From contig NC_047028.1 in NCBI RefSeq assembly GCF_902652985.1, forward strand, positions 30,752,001-30,816,000: a stretch of 64,000 nt of DNA. Reading direction: 5' to 3'. The translations under genes were made by a program, and so were the position numbers. The notes under the pieces are model-generated. The model had not been told where the DNA came from. It made no database searches and saw nothing but the letters and a program-made list of their open reading frames with translations. Positions 1 to 13,508 of this stretch are shown in pieces (the stretch's first letter is position 1; every line of letters begins with the position of its first letter). Source of the stretch: Pecten maximus. Lineage: Eukaryota.

Positions 1-239
1 CTGACAAGTGTTATGAAATAAGTAGACAGATATAAACAAGAAATAGGATTGCTGATTATTGTTGAACGTTTTAGGAAGGAAATACAAACTCAAGGTATAT
101 ATGAAACTGAATGCTCGTGGATGTCACTTCAACATACTAGCTTTATCTATGGCCTTCAGGATAAAATTTTTGTTTGGATTTACGATCTGAAGCAATAAGA
201 GACAGCAATGATATCTGAATGATTGGCTTTGTACACGAT

Positions 240-660
240 CTGTGTAATTTGTTTTAGAGTTAAGGTTGTATGCTACCTTACACATTGTACCTGTGACTTG
301 TGTTAGAGTTAAGGTTATATGCTACCTTACACATTATACCTGTGATTTGTGTTAGAGTTAAGGTTATATGCTACCTTACACATTATACCTAAGGTTTATG
401 TTACAGTTAAGGTTATTTGCTACCTTACACATTATACCTAAGATTTAGATTTATGTTACAGTTAAGGTTATATGCTACCTTACGCATTTTACCTGTGATT
501 TGTGTTAGAGTTAAGGTTATATGCTACCTTACACATTATACCTGTGGTTTGTTAGAGTTAAGGTTATATGCTACCTTTCACATCATACCCGTGATTTGTG
601 TTAGATAAAGTTAAAGTTTAAATGCTACTTTACACAATATACTTTTGCTTTGTATTAGAT
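240..660. repeat. ~50-bp minisatellite (tgtgatttgtgttagagttaaggttatatgctaccttacacattatacc)
   Basis: About 8 tandem copies seen directly. Confidence 0.9.
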
Positions 661-954
661 ATCACCTCTAAAAATATATCTTAATATTTAAAAAATAATT
701 TAATATTAGTGGAATGTCATGAATAGAAGTTGCTAGAGCAATGATATCAATTTCCCAATTTTCAACAAATAATTGTGACCTTGACCTTATGCTTTAACCC
801 ATGAAACAGGAACTCATCCAAGGTAGTTGAACTCTTTATTTAAATAGTAGCAGAGACCTAGATCTTAGAACCCCGAAACAAAACGTGAACCCATCTTAGG
901 TTTTTGCATACCTGAAGATGTCACTAGAACAATGACATTAATTAGGGACGAGAT

Positions 955-1290
955 GGACAGGTGTTAGATTATAGACTCCTTCCACCCCATCCCCACCCCA
1001 ACACCACCCCAACCCCACCCCAACCCCACCCCATCCCCACCCCATCCCCACCGCCCTATAAAATAGACAGGTGTTAGATTATAGACTCCTTCCACCCCAT
1101 CTCCACCCCATCCCCACCCCATCCCACCCCATCCCAACCCCACCCCCCTATAAAATAGACAGGTGTCAGATTATAGACTCCCTCCACCCCATCCCCACCC
1201 CATCCCCACCACAGCCCCACCCCCCTATAAAATAGACAGGTGTCAGATTAAAGAATCCCTCCACCATCCTCACATAAAATGGACAGTGTA
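955..1290. repeat. Composite tandem repeat with (ccacc)n tracts; the G-rich minus strand has G4 potential
   Basis: 4 copies of aaatagacaggtgtyagattatagactcc followed by C-runs. Confidence 0.85.
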
Positions 1291-3260
1291 TACAAAATTG
1301 AAAACAGATGAAAACTAACAACAAGTTTCCCTAATGGAGAGAAGAAAACCAAACATCCTTTAGGTGGAATGTGGCAGGAATCTTGGATGGATACTCAGCA
1401 GTATTCAAATCTACTCCATCAAGGAAAGGTATAAACAAAAGGGAGGAAGCATCACAATTACAGTTCTGTAGTTTATTTAGAATTTACATCCTTACAATAG
1501 TTGGACTTTCTTTACCCCAACCTAATGATGGATTCTCAATAATCTAAGGAATTTTTCAACAGCATTCATTATTAACAAGCATTTCCCATCTAATACATTA
1601 GAGATCCCTTCCTGTTTGAATGTAGGCCGACTCTGCAGTATGTGCAGAAAAGGTACATGTACATGTTTATACTTTCAAGAAGCAAGTTTTTTTTTTTAAT
1701 TTGATTTTTTTTTTTTTTTTTTTCTGTTTGTATATCTCACTCAGTAGCTTAAGTAATCTAAATATATCAAGCATCTAAAAAAAAATTATAATGGTGCAAT
1801 GCAACTAAAAATAAATCTAAAACTGTTGATAATTTTATTTTGCTCAGTAGGGTAAATATTTAGTGGTTTTCAGAGCTTAAATTGCCTAAAAATATCTCCC
1901 AAAATCAACATCCGACAGACTAATAGGAATCAATATTTATCAGAACACATATGCACAATTCACTGTCATTCTCAAACTACACATATAGTTGGTAACCTAT
2001 TCTCAACAAGTGCACATTCTGCTGATCAACTAGAAAGAACGCATGAAACAGAGTTGAACCTCACAATGTGTAAAGGGAGATAACCTCTCCTTCCTTGAAT
2101 GGTCATGTTATCTTACACCATGTCGAGTTGTCTATCTTCTAACATGGTAGAAATTAGACTCTATTGGACATGTCACATCTGTTTGCTGGGTTTATTGCTC
2201 TGAGAGACTACACAGGGTTATTTTGAGGTGGCATGACGTCTTGAAGAAGTTGGTGACTACTTCACAAAGAAAAATTCACAATATATTGGATATTAAAGTT
2301 CAATTAAAGCTACACATATCAGATTTATTCTTAGCTACTTACTCATAAGAATTCAAAAAGAAGAAAAATATCAAAATCATTTATATTAATAGCTATTTGT
2401 TTACATTTACAGTTACCTTACAATTTTTTCCATTTTTTTTTGTTCATTTTCCAGTTATACAAAATTACAAGTTCAACCTTTACATTTTTGTGGATATTGA
2501 AATATTTACAAAAGAAAATTAAATTTCCTGTATAAATTCTGAATAGCTTTGACCAAGATTTCGATGGAGATATCCCTCTTCAATTAGTAGCTGAATTCAA
2601 ACCACACTATATATTTTTAGTGCAATTAAAATGTTTCCCTTTATTTTTCCTATTAGCTACTGAACAAAATCCAGTATGATGTTGTTTAACTTTTACATAG
2701 GTCTGCATGAAAAAAATAAAATTCCACCATTCAAGTAAGGAGGAGTTACCTCCCCTTCATCAATCTTGAGGTTCAAAGTTTTGACATCAACTTTCCACTC
2801 CCCTAGCAGAGGCCCAGGATTTCCGACTCAAAGTAGGGGGTGGGCTTATTGCTGGACAAAGGAATTAAATAATATTAGCATTTTCACTGAACTGCAAAAG
2901 ACATTGGACAGCTTTAATACTACCAGTTTGCAGATTACAACTGGATCAAATAGTAATCTAATCAATTTTAACTCACATCTCATACTCTATAAATGTACCT
3001 GTATTTACAATAATACAATATTATTTTCTGGATAAATTCTTTACTGCTGTTTTCTTACATCACATGGTTTTTATCATTACTGATTATACATAATATTGTT
3101 TATAAGATGATTGTTAATCACCAATTCATATATTACTACAGATGATTTTAAAGTATATAATCATCTTGTCACATTTGTTCCTAGCATTTCAGACAAGTTA
3201 AACATCAGGTGAATTTTTGAACCAAGAGGCCTTTTCCACTTTCACAGTGGCTAGCTAGAT

Positions 3261-3622
3261 AAGTGACCGGACTATAGATCATCTTCCCTACCAAAGTGAC
3301 CGGACTATAGATCATCTTCCCTACCAAAGTGACCGGACTATAGATCATCTTCCCTACCAAAGTGACCGGACTATAGATCATCTTCCCTACCAAAGTGACC
3401 GGACTACAGATCATCTTCCCTACCAAAGTGACCGGACTACAGATCATCTTCCCTACCAAAGTGACCGGACTACAGATCATCTTCCCTACCAAAGTGACCG
3501 GACTATAGATCATCTTCCCTACCAAAGTGACCGGACTATAGATCATCTTCCCTACCAAAGTGACCGGACTATAGATCATCTTCCCTACCAAAGTGACCGG
3601 ACTATAGATCATCTTCCCTACA
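3261..3622. repeat. 33-bp minisatellite, ~11 near-identical copies
   Basis: Unit aagtgaccggactatagatcatcttccctacca; explains the spurious ORF 3205-3705. Confidence 0.95.
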
Positions 3623-3816
3623 AATGTATATCTAAAGATATTTCCTTTATAAACATTTTTTAGCAGGAACATCACTTTGGATGCGGAAGACAAGCTAGAA
3701 TACATCTGATATTACACAGTATATCCCAAGGAATGTGAATTTTTCAAAATGGTGATGTGTCCTCTGTAACCGACCTATTTTTGATAATAATGGTCCACAG
3801 GAGTCAATCACCCTTA

Positions 3817-4692
3817 AACATCTCTAGCACCACATGTGGTGGATCTGTGTTAATCTGCACATCTCTAGTACCACATGTGGTGCATCTGTGTTCATCCACA
3901 CATATTTAGTACCACATGTGGTGAATCAATGTTATTCCACACATCTCCAGACCCACATGTGGTTGATCTGTGTTAATCTGCACATCACTAGTACCACATG
4001 TGGTGGATCTGTGTTAATCCACAAATCTCTTGTACCACATGTGGTGGATCTGTGTTAATCCACACATCTCTTGTACCACATGTGGTGGATCTGTGTTAAT
4101 CCACAAATCTCTAGTGCCACATGTGGTGGATCCATGTTAATCCACATATCTCTAGTACATGTGGTGGATCTGTGTTAATCCACACATCTCTAGTACCACA
4201 TGTGGTGGATCTGTGTTAATCCACACATCTCTAGTACCACATGTGGTGCATCTTTGTTAATCCACACATCTCTAGAACCACATGTGGTGGATCTGTGTTA
4301 ATCAACACATCTCTGTATCGCATGTGGTGAATTTGTGTTAATCCACACATCTATAGTACCACATGTGGTGGATCAGTGTTAATCCACACATCTCTAGTAC
4401 CACATGTGGTGCATCTTTGTTAATCCACACATCTCTAGAACCACATGTGGTGGATCTGTGTTAATCTGCACATCTCTAGCACCACTTGTGGTGGATCTGT
4501 GTTAATCCACACATCTCTAGTACCACATGTGGTGCATCTTTGTTAATCCACACATCTCTTGTACCACATGTGGTGGATCTGTGTTAATCCACACATCTCT
4601 TGTACCACATGTGGTGGATCTGTGTTAATCTTCACATCATTAGTACCACATGTGGTGACTCCATCTACAAATCTCTGATACCACATGTGGTT
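3817..4692. repeat. 41-bp minisatellite, ~21 copies, most with the palindrome ACCACATGTGGT
   Basis: Unit cacacatctctagtaccacatgtggtggatctgtgttaatc. Confidence 0.95.
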
Positions 4693-4924
4693 GACATAGG
4701 TTCATATAGAATTCCTAGTTTTAAATTAAATTCCAAAGGAAAATGTGAGATAAAAGATCTACAATGATATGTATAAGAAACATGATTTCACTGACAGAAA
4801 GCGTCCCTATTAACATATAAGTCCAATGAGCCGTTTAATTTATAAAGATTTCTGTACAGTTTGTAGGTTTGCTGCTTTGTTTTACCTTGAAAAAACTTAA
4901 ATATTTTCAGGCAGTTTTTTTGTA

Positions 4925-5100
4925 GTAGCTTGTGGCTACCACAATACAGAGCTATTGTTGTACAGTGTCTTGCCCAAAGACAAAACTATAGGATGGTCCA
5001 TGATCTGAGCTCCCTCGGAAACATTTACCTCCCCAGAGGATCAAAGCATGCCCCTCAGATCCTTACCAGAGGTTACATCAGTGAATCGCGATGCTCATGC
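4925..5100 (-). mobile_element. Degenerate CORE-type SINE fragment
   Basis: Reverse complement of the CORE motif (gtgtcttgcccaaagac) and gtagtagcttgtggctacc, matching the other copies. Confidence 0.55.
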
Positions 5101-5935
5101 CCAATGTCCTAAGACTGCCCTGATGCTCATGCCCAATGTCCTAAGACTGCCCTGAGTTCTGGGTTATGGAGACAAATCTATTGTCATTACTCCATTCTGG
5201 GGAAAAAAATCCCAACTGGACAGCGTCCAGTTAAGACAAATATCAACCAGTATCTGTATATAGAAAACCCCATTACATAAAATCATTACTCTTGGCCTAT
5301 TGATAAAGATATTTCCAGTAAATAAGCTCCCCTCCCCCAAAGTTATTCTTTAGATCGATTCCTGAGTTCTATAGACAATTTTACATTCAATTACAGGTGA
5401 ACACTATCACCATGCCACCACAATGCTGAGATATAGCTGATCAAATTCTCTCTACTATACAAACCCATTCTAATTCTAGCCATTCTAATTCCATCTCCAA
5501 TTATCCGGCTGATTGGCGGTTCATAGAGTTGTCAGCAGTGCAATAGCTCGAGCAAAGAGATCTATACAACGGCCTAGGGTTTAAAACAGCAGCAACCGAG
5601 GAAAGGACCGCAACATAACCAAAAAACGCAGCTAGAGATCACTTTGGGGCAAAATTTAGAATTTTATACCCATATTTTTCCGAAAATTCTATGGAATTCT
5701 TGGAATGTTATATATAAATATTGAAAAGAAAATCCATTATGCACTTTCTGAAAAACCTCAAAATGATCTCAAGGAAGATGAATTATGTCCCAGAATTATA
5801 CATTGCCTCGTTTAAACACTTTTTAAGATTTAATGAAAGATGAACTTCGTAAATGAGAAGTTTTTAAAAGTCTGTTTAACAAAATTACACATTTGAACTT
5901 TGACCCTGTAATGCTGTGACTGTATCTTCATGGCC

Positions 5936-7625
5936 CTACAACTCTGGACGAAGTACATATCTACAACTCTGGGTGAAGTATATATCTACAACTCTGGGCG
6001 AAGTATATATCTACAACTCTGGGTGAAGTATATGTCTACAACTCTGGGTGAAGTATATATCTACAACTCTGGGTGGAGTATATATCTACAACTCTGGGTG
6101 AAGTATATGTCTACAATTCTGGGTGACCGTACATAACCACAAAACCTGTGAGAGTCATTTCTACAACTTGGTAGAAGTTTATACCCAACTCTGTGGAAAT
6201 ATCTAGCAACTCTGGAGTATATATCTACAATCTGTGAAGAAGAACAACTCTGGGCGAATATTATCTCAACAACCTCATGAAATTATCTCAATTGGTAAGT
6301 TAATATCTACAACTCGGTGAATATAATCTACACTCTGAGTGATATAACACAACTCTTTAAAGATTACTAAAATGGAAGATATACTCTACAATTGGGAGAT
6401 TTTTTGAAGTTTTTACAACTCTAATATTACTACAATCTGTGAATGTTGTCTAACATCTGTGGATGAAATCTTATATCTACAACTCTGGCGAAGTAATATC
6501 TACAACTCTGGGCGAAGTATATATCTACATCTTTGAGTGGAGTATATATCTATAACTCTGGGTGAAGTATATATCTACAACTCTGGGTGGAGTATATATC
6601 TACAGCTCTGGGTGAAGTATATATCTACAACTCTGGGTGAAGTATATATCTACAACTCTGAGTGAAGTATATATCTACAACTCTGGGTGAAGTATATATC
6701 TACAACTCTGGGTGAAGTATATATCTACAACTCTGGGTGAAGTATATATCTACAACTCTGGGTGGAGTATATATCTACAACTCTGGGTGAAGTATATATC
6801 TACAACTCTGGGCTGAAGTATATATCTACAACTCTGGGCAAGGTATATATCTACAACTCTGGGTGAAGTATATATCTACAACTCTGGGTGAAGTATATAT
6901 CTACAACTCTGGGTGAAGTATATATCTACAACTCTGGGCGAAGTATATATCTACAACTCTGGGTGAAGTATATATCTACAACTCTGGGTGAAGTATATAT
7001 CTACAACTCTGGGTGAAGTATATATCTACATCTCAGGGTGAAGTATATATCTATAACTCTGGGCGAAGTATATATCTATAACTCTGGGCGAAGTATATAT
7101 CTACAACTCTGGGTGGAGTATATATCTACAACTCTGGGTGAAGAATATATCTATAACTCTGGGCGAAGTATATATCTACAACTCTGGGTGAAGTATATAT
7201 CTACAACTCTAGGCGAAGTATATATCTACAACTCTGGGCGAAGTATATATCTACATCTTTGAGTGGAGTATATATCTACAACTCTGGGTGAAGCATATTT
7301 CTATAACTCTGGGTGAAGTATATATCTACAACTCTGGGTGGAGTATATATCTACAACTCAGGGTGAAGCATATTTCTATAACTCTGGGTGAAGTATATAT
7401 CTACAACTCTGGGTGGAGTATATATCTACAACTCTGGGCGAAGTACATATCTACAACTCTGGGTAAAGTATATATCTACAACTCTGTGTGAGGTATATAT
7501 CTACAACTCTGGGTGAAGTATATATCTACAACTCTGGGTGAAGTATATATCTACAACTCTGGGCGAAGTATATATCTACAGCTCTGGGCGAAGTATATAT
7601 CTACAACTCTGGGCGAAGTATATAT
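5936..7625. repeat. 25-bp minisatellite (ctacaactctgggtgaagtatatat), roughly 65 copies
   Basis: Direct periodicity; degraded block at ~6130-6480. Confidence 0.95.
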
Positions 7626-8174
7626 AACCCTATAATGCTGTATATGTTCATGTTATTCAAGTTTTACAACATCTAAGGATAAGACCTTGAATTAACTGTA
7701 ACAACTCTGGCAAGCCTCTTAATTCTTATCAGATTCTAAATTTCAGATCTGATTTACGATCAGTCTAAGAAAGAGACACCATTAAAAATATCCTTGTACA
7801 ATATGACATAATGTTGACTTTTTTTTTTTTAGACGTCTGCTTTTTCTTTTAGAAAACCGATGTGACTATGACCGGTGTATAGTCTAACAGTGTAGTGTTT
7901 GTTTGTTATCTGATACTTTCAGTACAATGTCAGAAATAAACCTTTCAACAAAACCTCATTTCCTTACATGTTAGAAGTCACAAATATACATTTCAAAAAA
8001 TCATTCTTAACAAATCTATGAAAAACCTTCATTTCACAAATTTATGGAAGATCCAAAATTCATGGATCTCAGAGAAAAACAAATTTATGCTCCCTACCCT
8101 TATTGCTCTGGAACATGCCTCCCATATATTGTTCAGAGAGGTAATCACCAACTACTACAGAGTTCCCACACAGT

Positions 8175-8216
<42 letters not shown>

Positions 8217-8419
8217 TTACATTTATCGTCCTGACCTAATTAGAGATATCATTATCATGGCACTTAATTATTGTCCTTAAACTTTGAGGTCTTGGCATTA
8301 TATTGCCTTGGCCTATTTGACGTCCTTTTCTTAGGTGTAAGGATTCATTCACTAATCACAAAGAATCATTTTAATTCAGCCCGAGACTCTTATGCCTTTG
8401 GTATTGAGTTGTCTTTAAG

Positions 8420-8641
8420 GTTTAGGTTTATTTTGTTTAACGTCCTATTAACAGCCTGCAGGGTCATTTAAGGATGTGTCTGGTTTTGGTGGGGGAGGAA
8501 AGCCAAGAATCGGGAGAAAAACCACCAACCTACAGTCAGTACCAGGCAATTGCCCCACTTGGGTTTCAAACTCGCAACCCAGAGGTGGAGGTCTAGTGAT
8601 AAAGTGTCGGAACACCTTAACCATTCGGCCACTGCAGCCCC
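8420..8641 (-). mobile_element. tRNA-derived SINE family A (V-domain-like)
   Basis: Reverse complement shows A box TGGCCGAATGG, B-box-like GAGTTTGAAAC, ggtttttctcc..ggctttcctcc core and an (aaac) tail; 4 copies in the window. Confidence 0.85.
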
Positions 8642-9756
8642 TGGATTTAAGGACCATTAAGATAAAAAAGAGGGCCATTATTATAATCAACAGTGTTTTT
8701 TTTATCTTGGCCTTATATTTTATTGGTGTGGCCTAGGTCTACATCAGACAGTGTTAAGGAGCTGGGTGTGTAATCCAATGGAGATCATCGTGACAAACCG
8801 ACGCTATCCATCTAGTCGACCAACATTTCATCGCTTAGACACCAAAACAATCACATATGTAAGTACTAATTAGATAGAGTAAGCTCAAATGTTCCTGAAG
8901 TGGTGACCATCTTCAGATATTCCACCTCAAACACACCAATCACAGAGCACAAAAGTGTCACATGACCTTAATTTAATTTTGACTGGTCAATTGTCTGAAG
9001 TGCTGTAACAAATTCGTTCTAAAGCAATATGGCAAAAACAAGTACAGTAGCATTTCAATGAGAAGACTTCTACTAACTTCTTTCAAATCCAATATTTACA
9101 ATAACAGATTTTAGATTCAGTTCTACATCATTTTTCCTGGATGCATTTTACCTTATATATGCAGCCTGTTGAAATGACAGATAAAAAAACAATTTTGATT
9201 CAGAAAATTCTCAGTTTAAAAAGAAAAGAAAAATGGTTTTAAAAGAATGAACATTGCTAATTTGCACTTTTAACCAAAATCTTGTTTCTAAAATAATCCA
9301 CATAGACAGCTCTCTGGCAATCCTGTCCAAAAACTGAAGTGGTATGGCCAGTATATGACAGGCGAGTCCCTTACGTTGTCATGGTAACAGGAGACGGAGT
9401 AGGAAATTCCCAATCTAGGCCAACATGCTTGTCCTGTAACCATGGTACCCCAAACTTCTTTGTGTATTCATGTATTCAAATGTAAGAAATCAATTTCCCA
9501 TTGTCTGCCTTGACTCCCCGAAACTCTACCGATATTTCTCGTCTTAACAAGTAGGCTGATACTTATCATGTGTCTGGATGAGAAAACACAATGGCTCACA
9601 TGACAATGCTTCCTGGATAAGCATCCATATCGTGTTATTGTTTCCAGGATATAAACTTTCCTGTTTATACACAAAGCGCCAAATTCTGTTGTATTACATA
9701 ACTAAGCTGACATCAAGATTTCATGGTGCTATATTCCCATGGTGAAAATGCAGTGG

Positions 9757-10205
9757 ATCTACACATAACATGATTACATCACATTCCTTTGGATGTACGC
9801 ATAACATGATGACATCACAATCCACTGAATATACACATAACATGATGACATCACAGTACATTCCATTGAATGTACACATAACATGATGACATCATAATCC
9901 ACTGAATGTACACATAACATTATGACATCACAGTACATTCCATTGGATGTACACAACATGATGACATCACAGTACATTCCATTGAATGTACACATAACAT
10001 TATGACATCACAATCCACTGGATGCATATTCCATTGGATGTACACATGACATGATGACATCACATTACATTAGATGGACATGTACACATCACAGGATGAC
10101 ATCACATTCCATTTGATGTACACATAACATGATAACATCACATTACATTAGATCTACACATAACTTGATGACATCACATTACAGTTGATGTACACATATA
10201 ACATG
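9757..10205. repeat. Degenerate ~37-43-bp minisatellite (gatgtacacataacatgatgacatcac...)
   Basis: Direct periodicity. Confidence 0.85.
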
Positions 10206-13189
10206 ATACCATACCAATTACATGTTCAGCATGTTACTGTGGTGAAAATATGAGCCATTTTCAGATATATACTTTTGCTCTAAAAGACAATAATTCATAA
10301 CCACACTTAACTTAAATTCATATTACCATGGCAACATCAACATCACAATTTTAATGTATTGTCTTGTAAAAGCAATTACAGGCTTTTATGTCAACAGCTA
10401 GATATTGTAAAACAGGTCCAAAGGAGACCAAAAAACAGCCCCTCCAAAACTACAACACATTCGGCTAGGTGACTTTTTGTATGTTTGGAAAACCATTTAC
10501 TTAAACCAAGGGAGTAATTTGTCGGTTAATGAACCATTAAATCCAGTACAGAATAAAACAATGGTTCCTTGTGTGTGGCTGGAATTGGCCCCAGAAGACG
10601 GACTCGACCACTGAGTGATTGCATGATGTATAGCGCTGACATGCAATAGAGTCTGGTAAACGTAGAGTCTTCGACCCCACATACAAACCATCAAACCATG
10701 TCTCAGGACTTTGGCTTCTATATATAGCCATCCAAATATTGCACATACCCAATGCCCGAACTGCCCTACACAACAGTTGTTAAAAAGATGTAGATATAAA
10801 AAAATATTTATAATGAATCTAGACAAATTGATTAAAATTAGTTAACTGCAACTTAAAATTGTTTATCATTTAAGAAACAAAATTCATCCAGTGGTGGGAC
10901 CGCCTGTTTGAATGTTTATCTCAAGGGTGTGATAATGCTACATCAGAAAGAAAAGTGGCATTAAAAAAAAAAAAAAAAAAACCATCGTGTAGGCGACTCC
11001 ATTGATCAGGGAATCCAACCTGGGCCAAAACTAGATCCATGAAACACATATATGCTCTCCATAACACAACCCAAGTTGTCACTCCGACATGTCTACTATA
11101 TGTTATAAAATGTTGCTGCAAAAATCCACGGACAAACGGACTGCCCAATAGATAGAAATCTCTTTAAAGTTTGCCATTTAATTCCATAATGTATAATCAA
11201 ATTTTATTCACCGAAAAATTCAGCTATTTTAAAAAGACAAAAGACCGATAGGAATAATTTCAAAATGCAGATATACAAAAGACTGATAAGAATAATTTTA
11301 AAATGCAGATATCATACGCCCACAAATTCTTTAATCTTAAAAACAATTCTTGTGAGAGCAAGACATGTTTAACATAGATCTTTATGGTGAAAAAAAATCG
11401 GGCAATAGCTAACACTAAAAAGACTGCATTTAAAACGAAAGATGCCCTGTGTGTTTGTCTTAGACTATCCTGGTTAACTGCAAAGAATAAAAAATTTAAG
11501 ATATGAAATTGATTTTAAAACAAAATCTCCCATCGCTGATTTGTCCCAGGTGGGAAATGTATACTGTTAAGAGAGGCCTGTCAATAAGTGGGTGGATTTT
11601 AGTATTTATTATACATGTTAGACTTTGTTATCAATATTTTTAATATTGAACAAAACAAAGCATTTAACATAACAGTTGTTAATATATTTAAATTTCCTTA
11701 ATTTCTTGTAAACAACTGATGAATATATCAGAACAACTATATCTTGCTTCGTAAACATTACAAAAATACGCGAAGCCAAAGGTTTATGAACATTCCCAGA
11801 AATTTCCGATAACCAGGTAACTGCCTTTTCAAATAATGATTTTTTTTTTTTTTTTTTGCTAATTTTGAATCATTTTCGATCATCAGCCCATCACTAGTTT
11901 GGGAATTTCCGAAGTTAAGGAACAATGATGAAACTGGGGCTTGTACAAGAAGTCGAGAAGTCTCCAGAAACCTCCTGTTGACCATGTCGGGTATGTATGT
12001 AACCTGTATCTGGAATGTTGTTTTTGTCTGTTTGTGCCTCGAGTAAATAAAGATTTAAGCAGTGGTAAGTATGGTTATATCAACAGAGTACCTAGCCTTT
12101 ACTTAAAGATTTCATGACTTTATTTTTCAAGGACTAAAATTCTGATCTTGAAATTTTCAAGCCAAATGGCCAAATCATCAATTTTGATTCCAAAGTTGGA
12201 GTGAGCGGCTTTTGTTGGCATTTTACCGAACTGCGATAGACTTGAGTGGGCTTATTACCAGGCATGGACTTACCACTGGCCAAATTATGCAATAAAACAA
12301 TTTTATATCCTGTTTCCGAGTTTTTCCTACAACTTTAATTCTTAAGGTTAAAAACAAAGCCTCACAATAAATGACTGGTCTTTATTTACGTACCAGAACA
12401 AGTATACACGTTTTTTTTCAAGACTACATTACATTTTATAAATAGTTCAGGAACCGAAACACTTACTTTCCAATAGTTTCACAGATTTCGTACACGTCAT
12501 CAAACAACACTTCCTCCTCATCCCCAGACATCTTGATGCTGAAAATATAACAAGCAAATAAATATATCTTACAGTTTGCCCAATACAGTTTAAAAATTTA
12601 TATATATATACATGTAAACATATAAAGAGTAAAATGGCTTGTGCTTGATGTGGTTCAATATAACAAATCTTCATACCAGCTTAATGCAGATTTACTGAAA
12701 ATTCAATTCATTATTTTGAAGTTTCTCAAAGTTTTTTAGTTTTTCAATTTTTTTTAATAGACAAACTTTAGATACATACAACTACTCTAGTACTTTATCT
12801 TCATTAGATTGAAGTGTTCAAACATTTTTTAATTGAATTGAAAAATTAAAAACATTTCACTCAAGCTAACTGAGTTAGGTAAAAAGTGTAACAGAGCAGG
12901 ATAAAAAATGCTCCAACTATTGAATATATACTCCGAGTAGACTCATCGCTTAGTGCTGCCGCACTGACGTGATCAATGAAATTGATTTTTTTAAGAATGG
13001 AGTAGTTCACATTCTTTTTACAATGGACAATTGAATGGTAATCTTTAAATGGAACAAACATTACTGTAACATTTGTCAGAACTTAAACCTGTGACTACAA
13101 ATTACTTTAGTCTTTAATCAATTAACAGGGGCTTTCTCTAAACATAGTCGATAACTAGCAACTACTCGACAACAGTATCAGTGGAACTG

Positions 13190-13462
13190 ATGAAATGCGC
13201 CCAAAAACAGCTGTCTTGGAGGTAAATTCGCCCAAAAACAACTGTCTTGGAGGTGAATACGCCCAAAAACAACTGTCTTGGAGGTGATGAAATGCGCCCA
13301 AAAACAACTGTCTTGGAGGTGATGAATGCGCCCAAAAACAACTGTCTTGAAGGTGATGAATTCGCCCAAAAACAACTGTCTTGGAAGTGAATTCGCCCAA
13401 AAAAACCTGTCTTGGAGCTCGAGGTGATGAATGCGCCCAAAAACAACTGTCTTGGAGGTGTT
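13190..13462. repeat. ~31-35-bp minisatellite (gcccaaaaacaactgtcttggaggtgatgaat), 8 copies
   Basis: Direct periodicity; explains three overlapping spurious ORFs. Confidence 0.9.
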
Positions 13463-13508
13463 TCCTGTCTAAGAATTTTATTTTTGGTCGTATTAGATAC
13501 ATATCTAT

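Noticed and set aside
3205-7491. Repetitive ORFs (VTLVGKMIYSP, YISTTLGEV etc.)
   Set aside because: Translations of minisatellites, with no splice or homology support.
8018-8280. Poly-proline ORFs
   Set aside because: Caused by a ~40-nt poly-C run whose length may be a sequencing artefact. Similar poly-G runs lie at ~40844 and ~45175.
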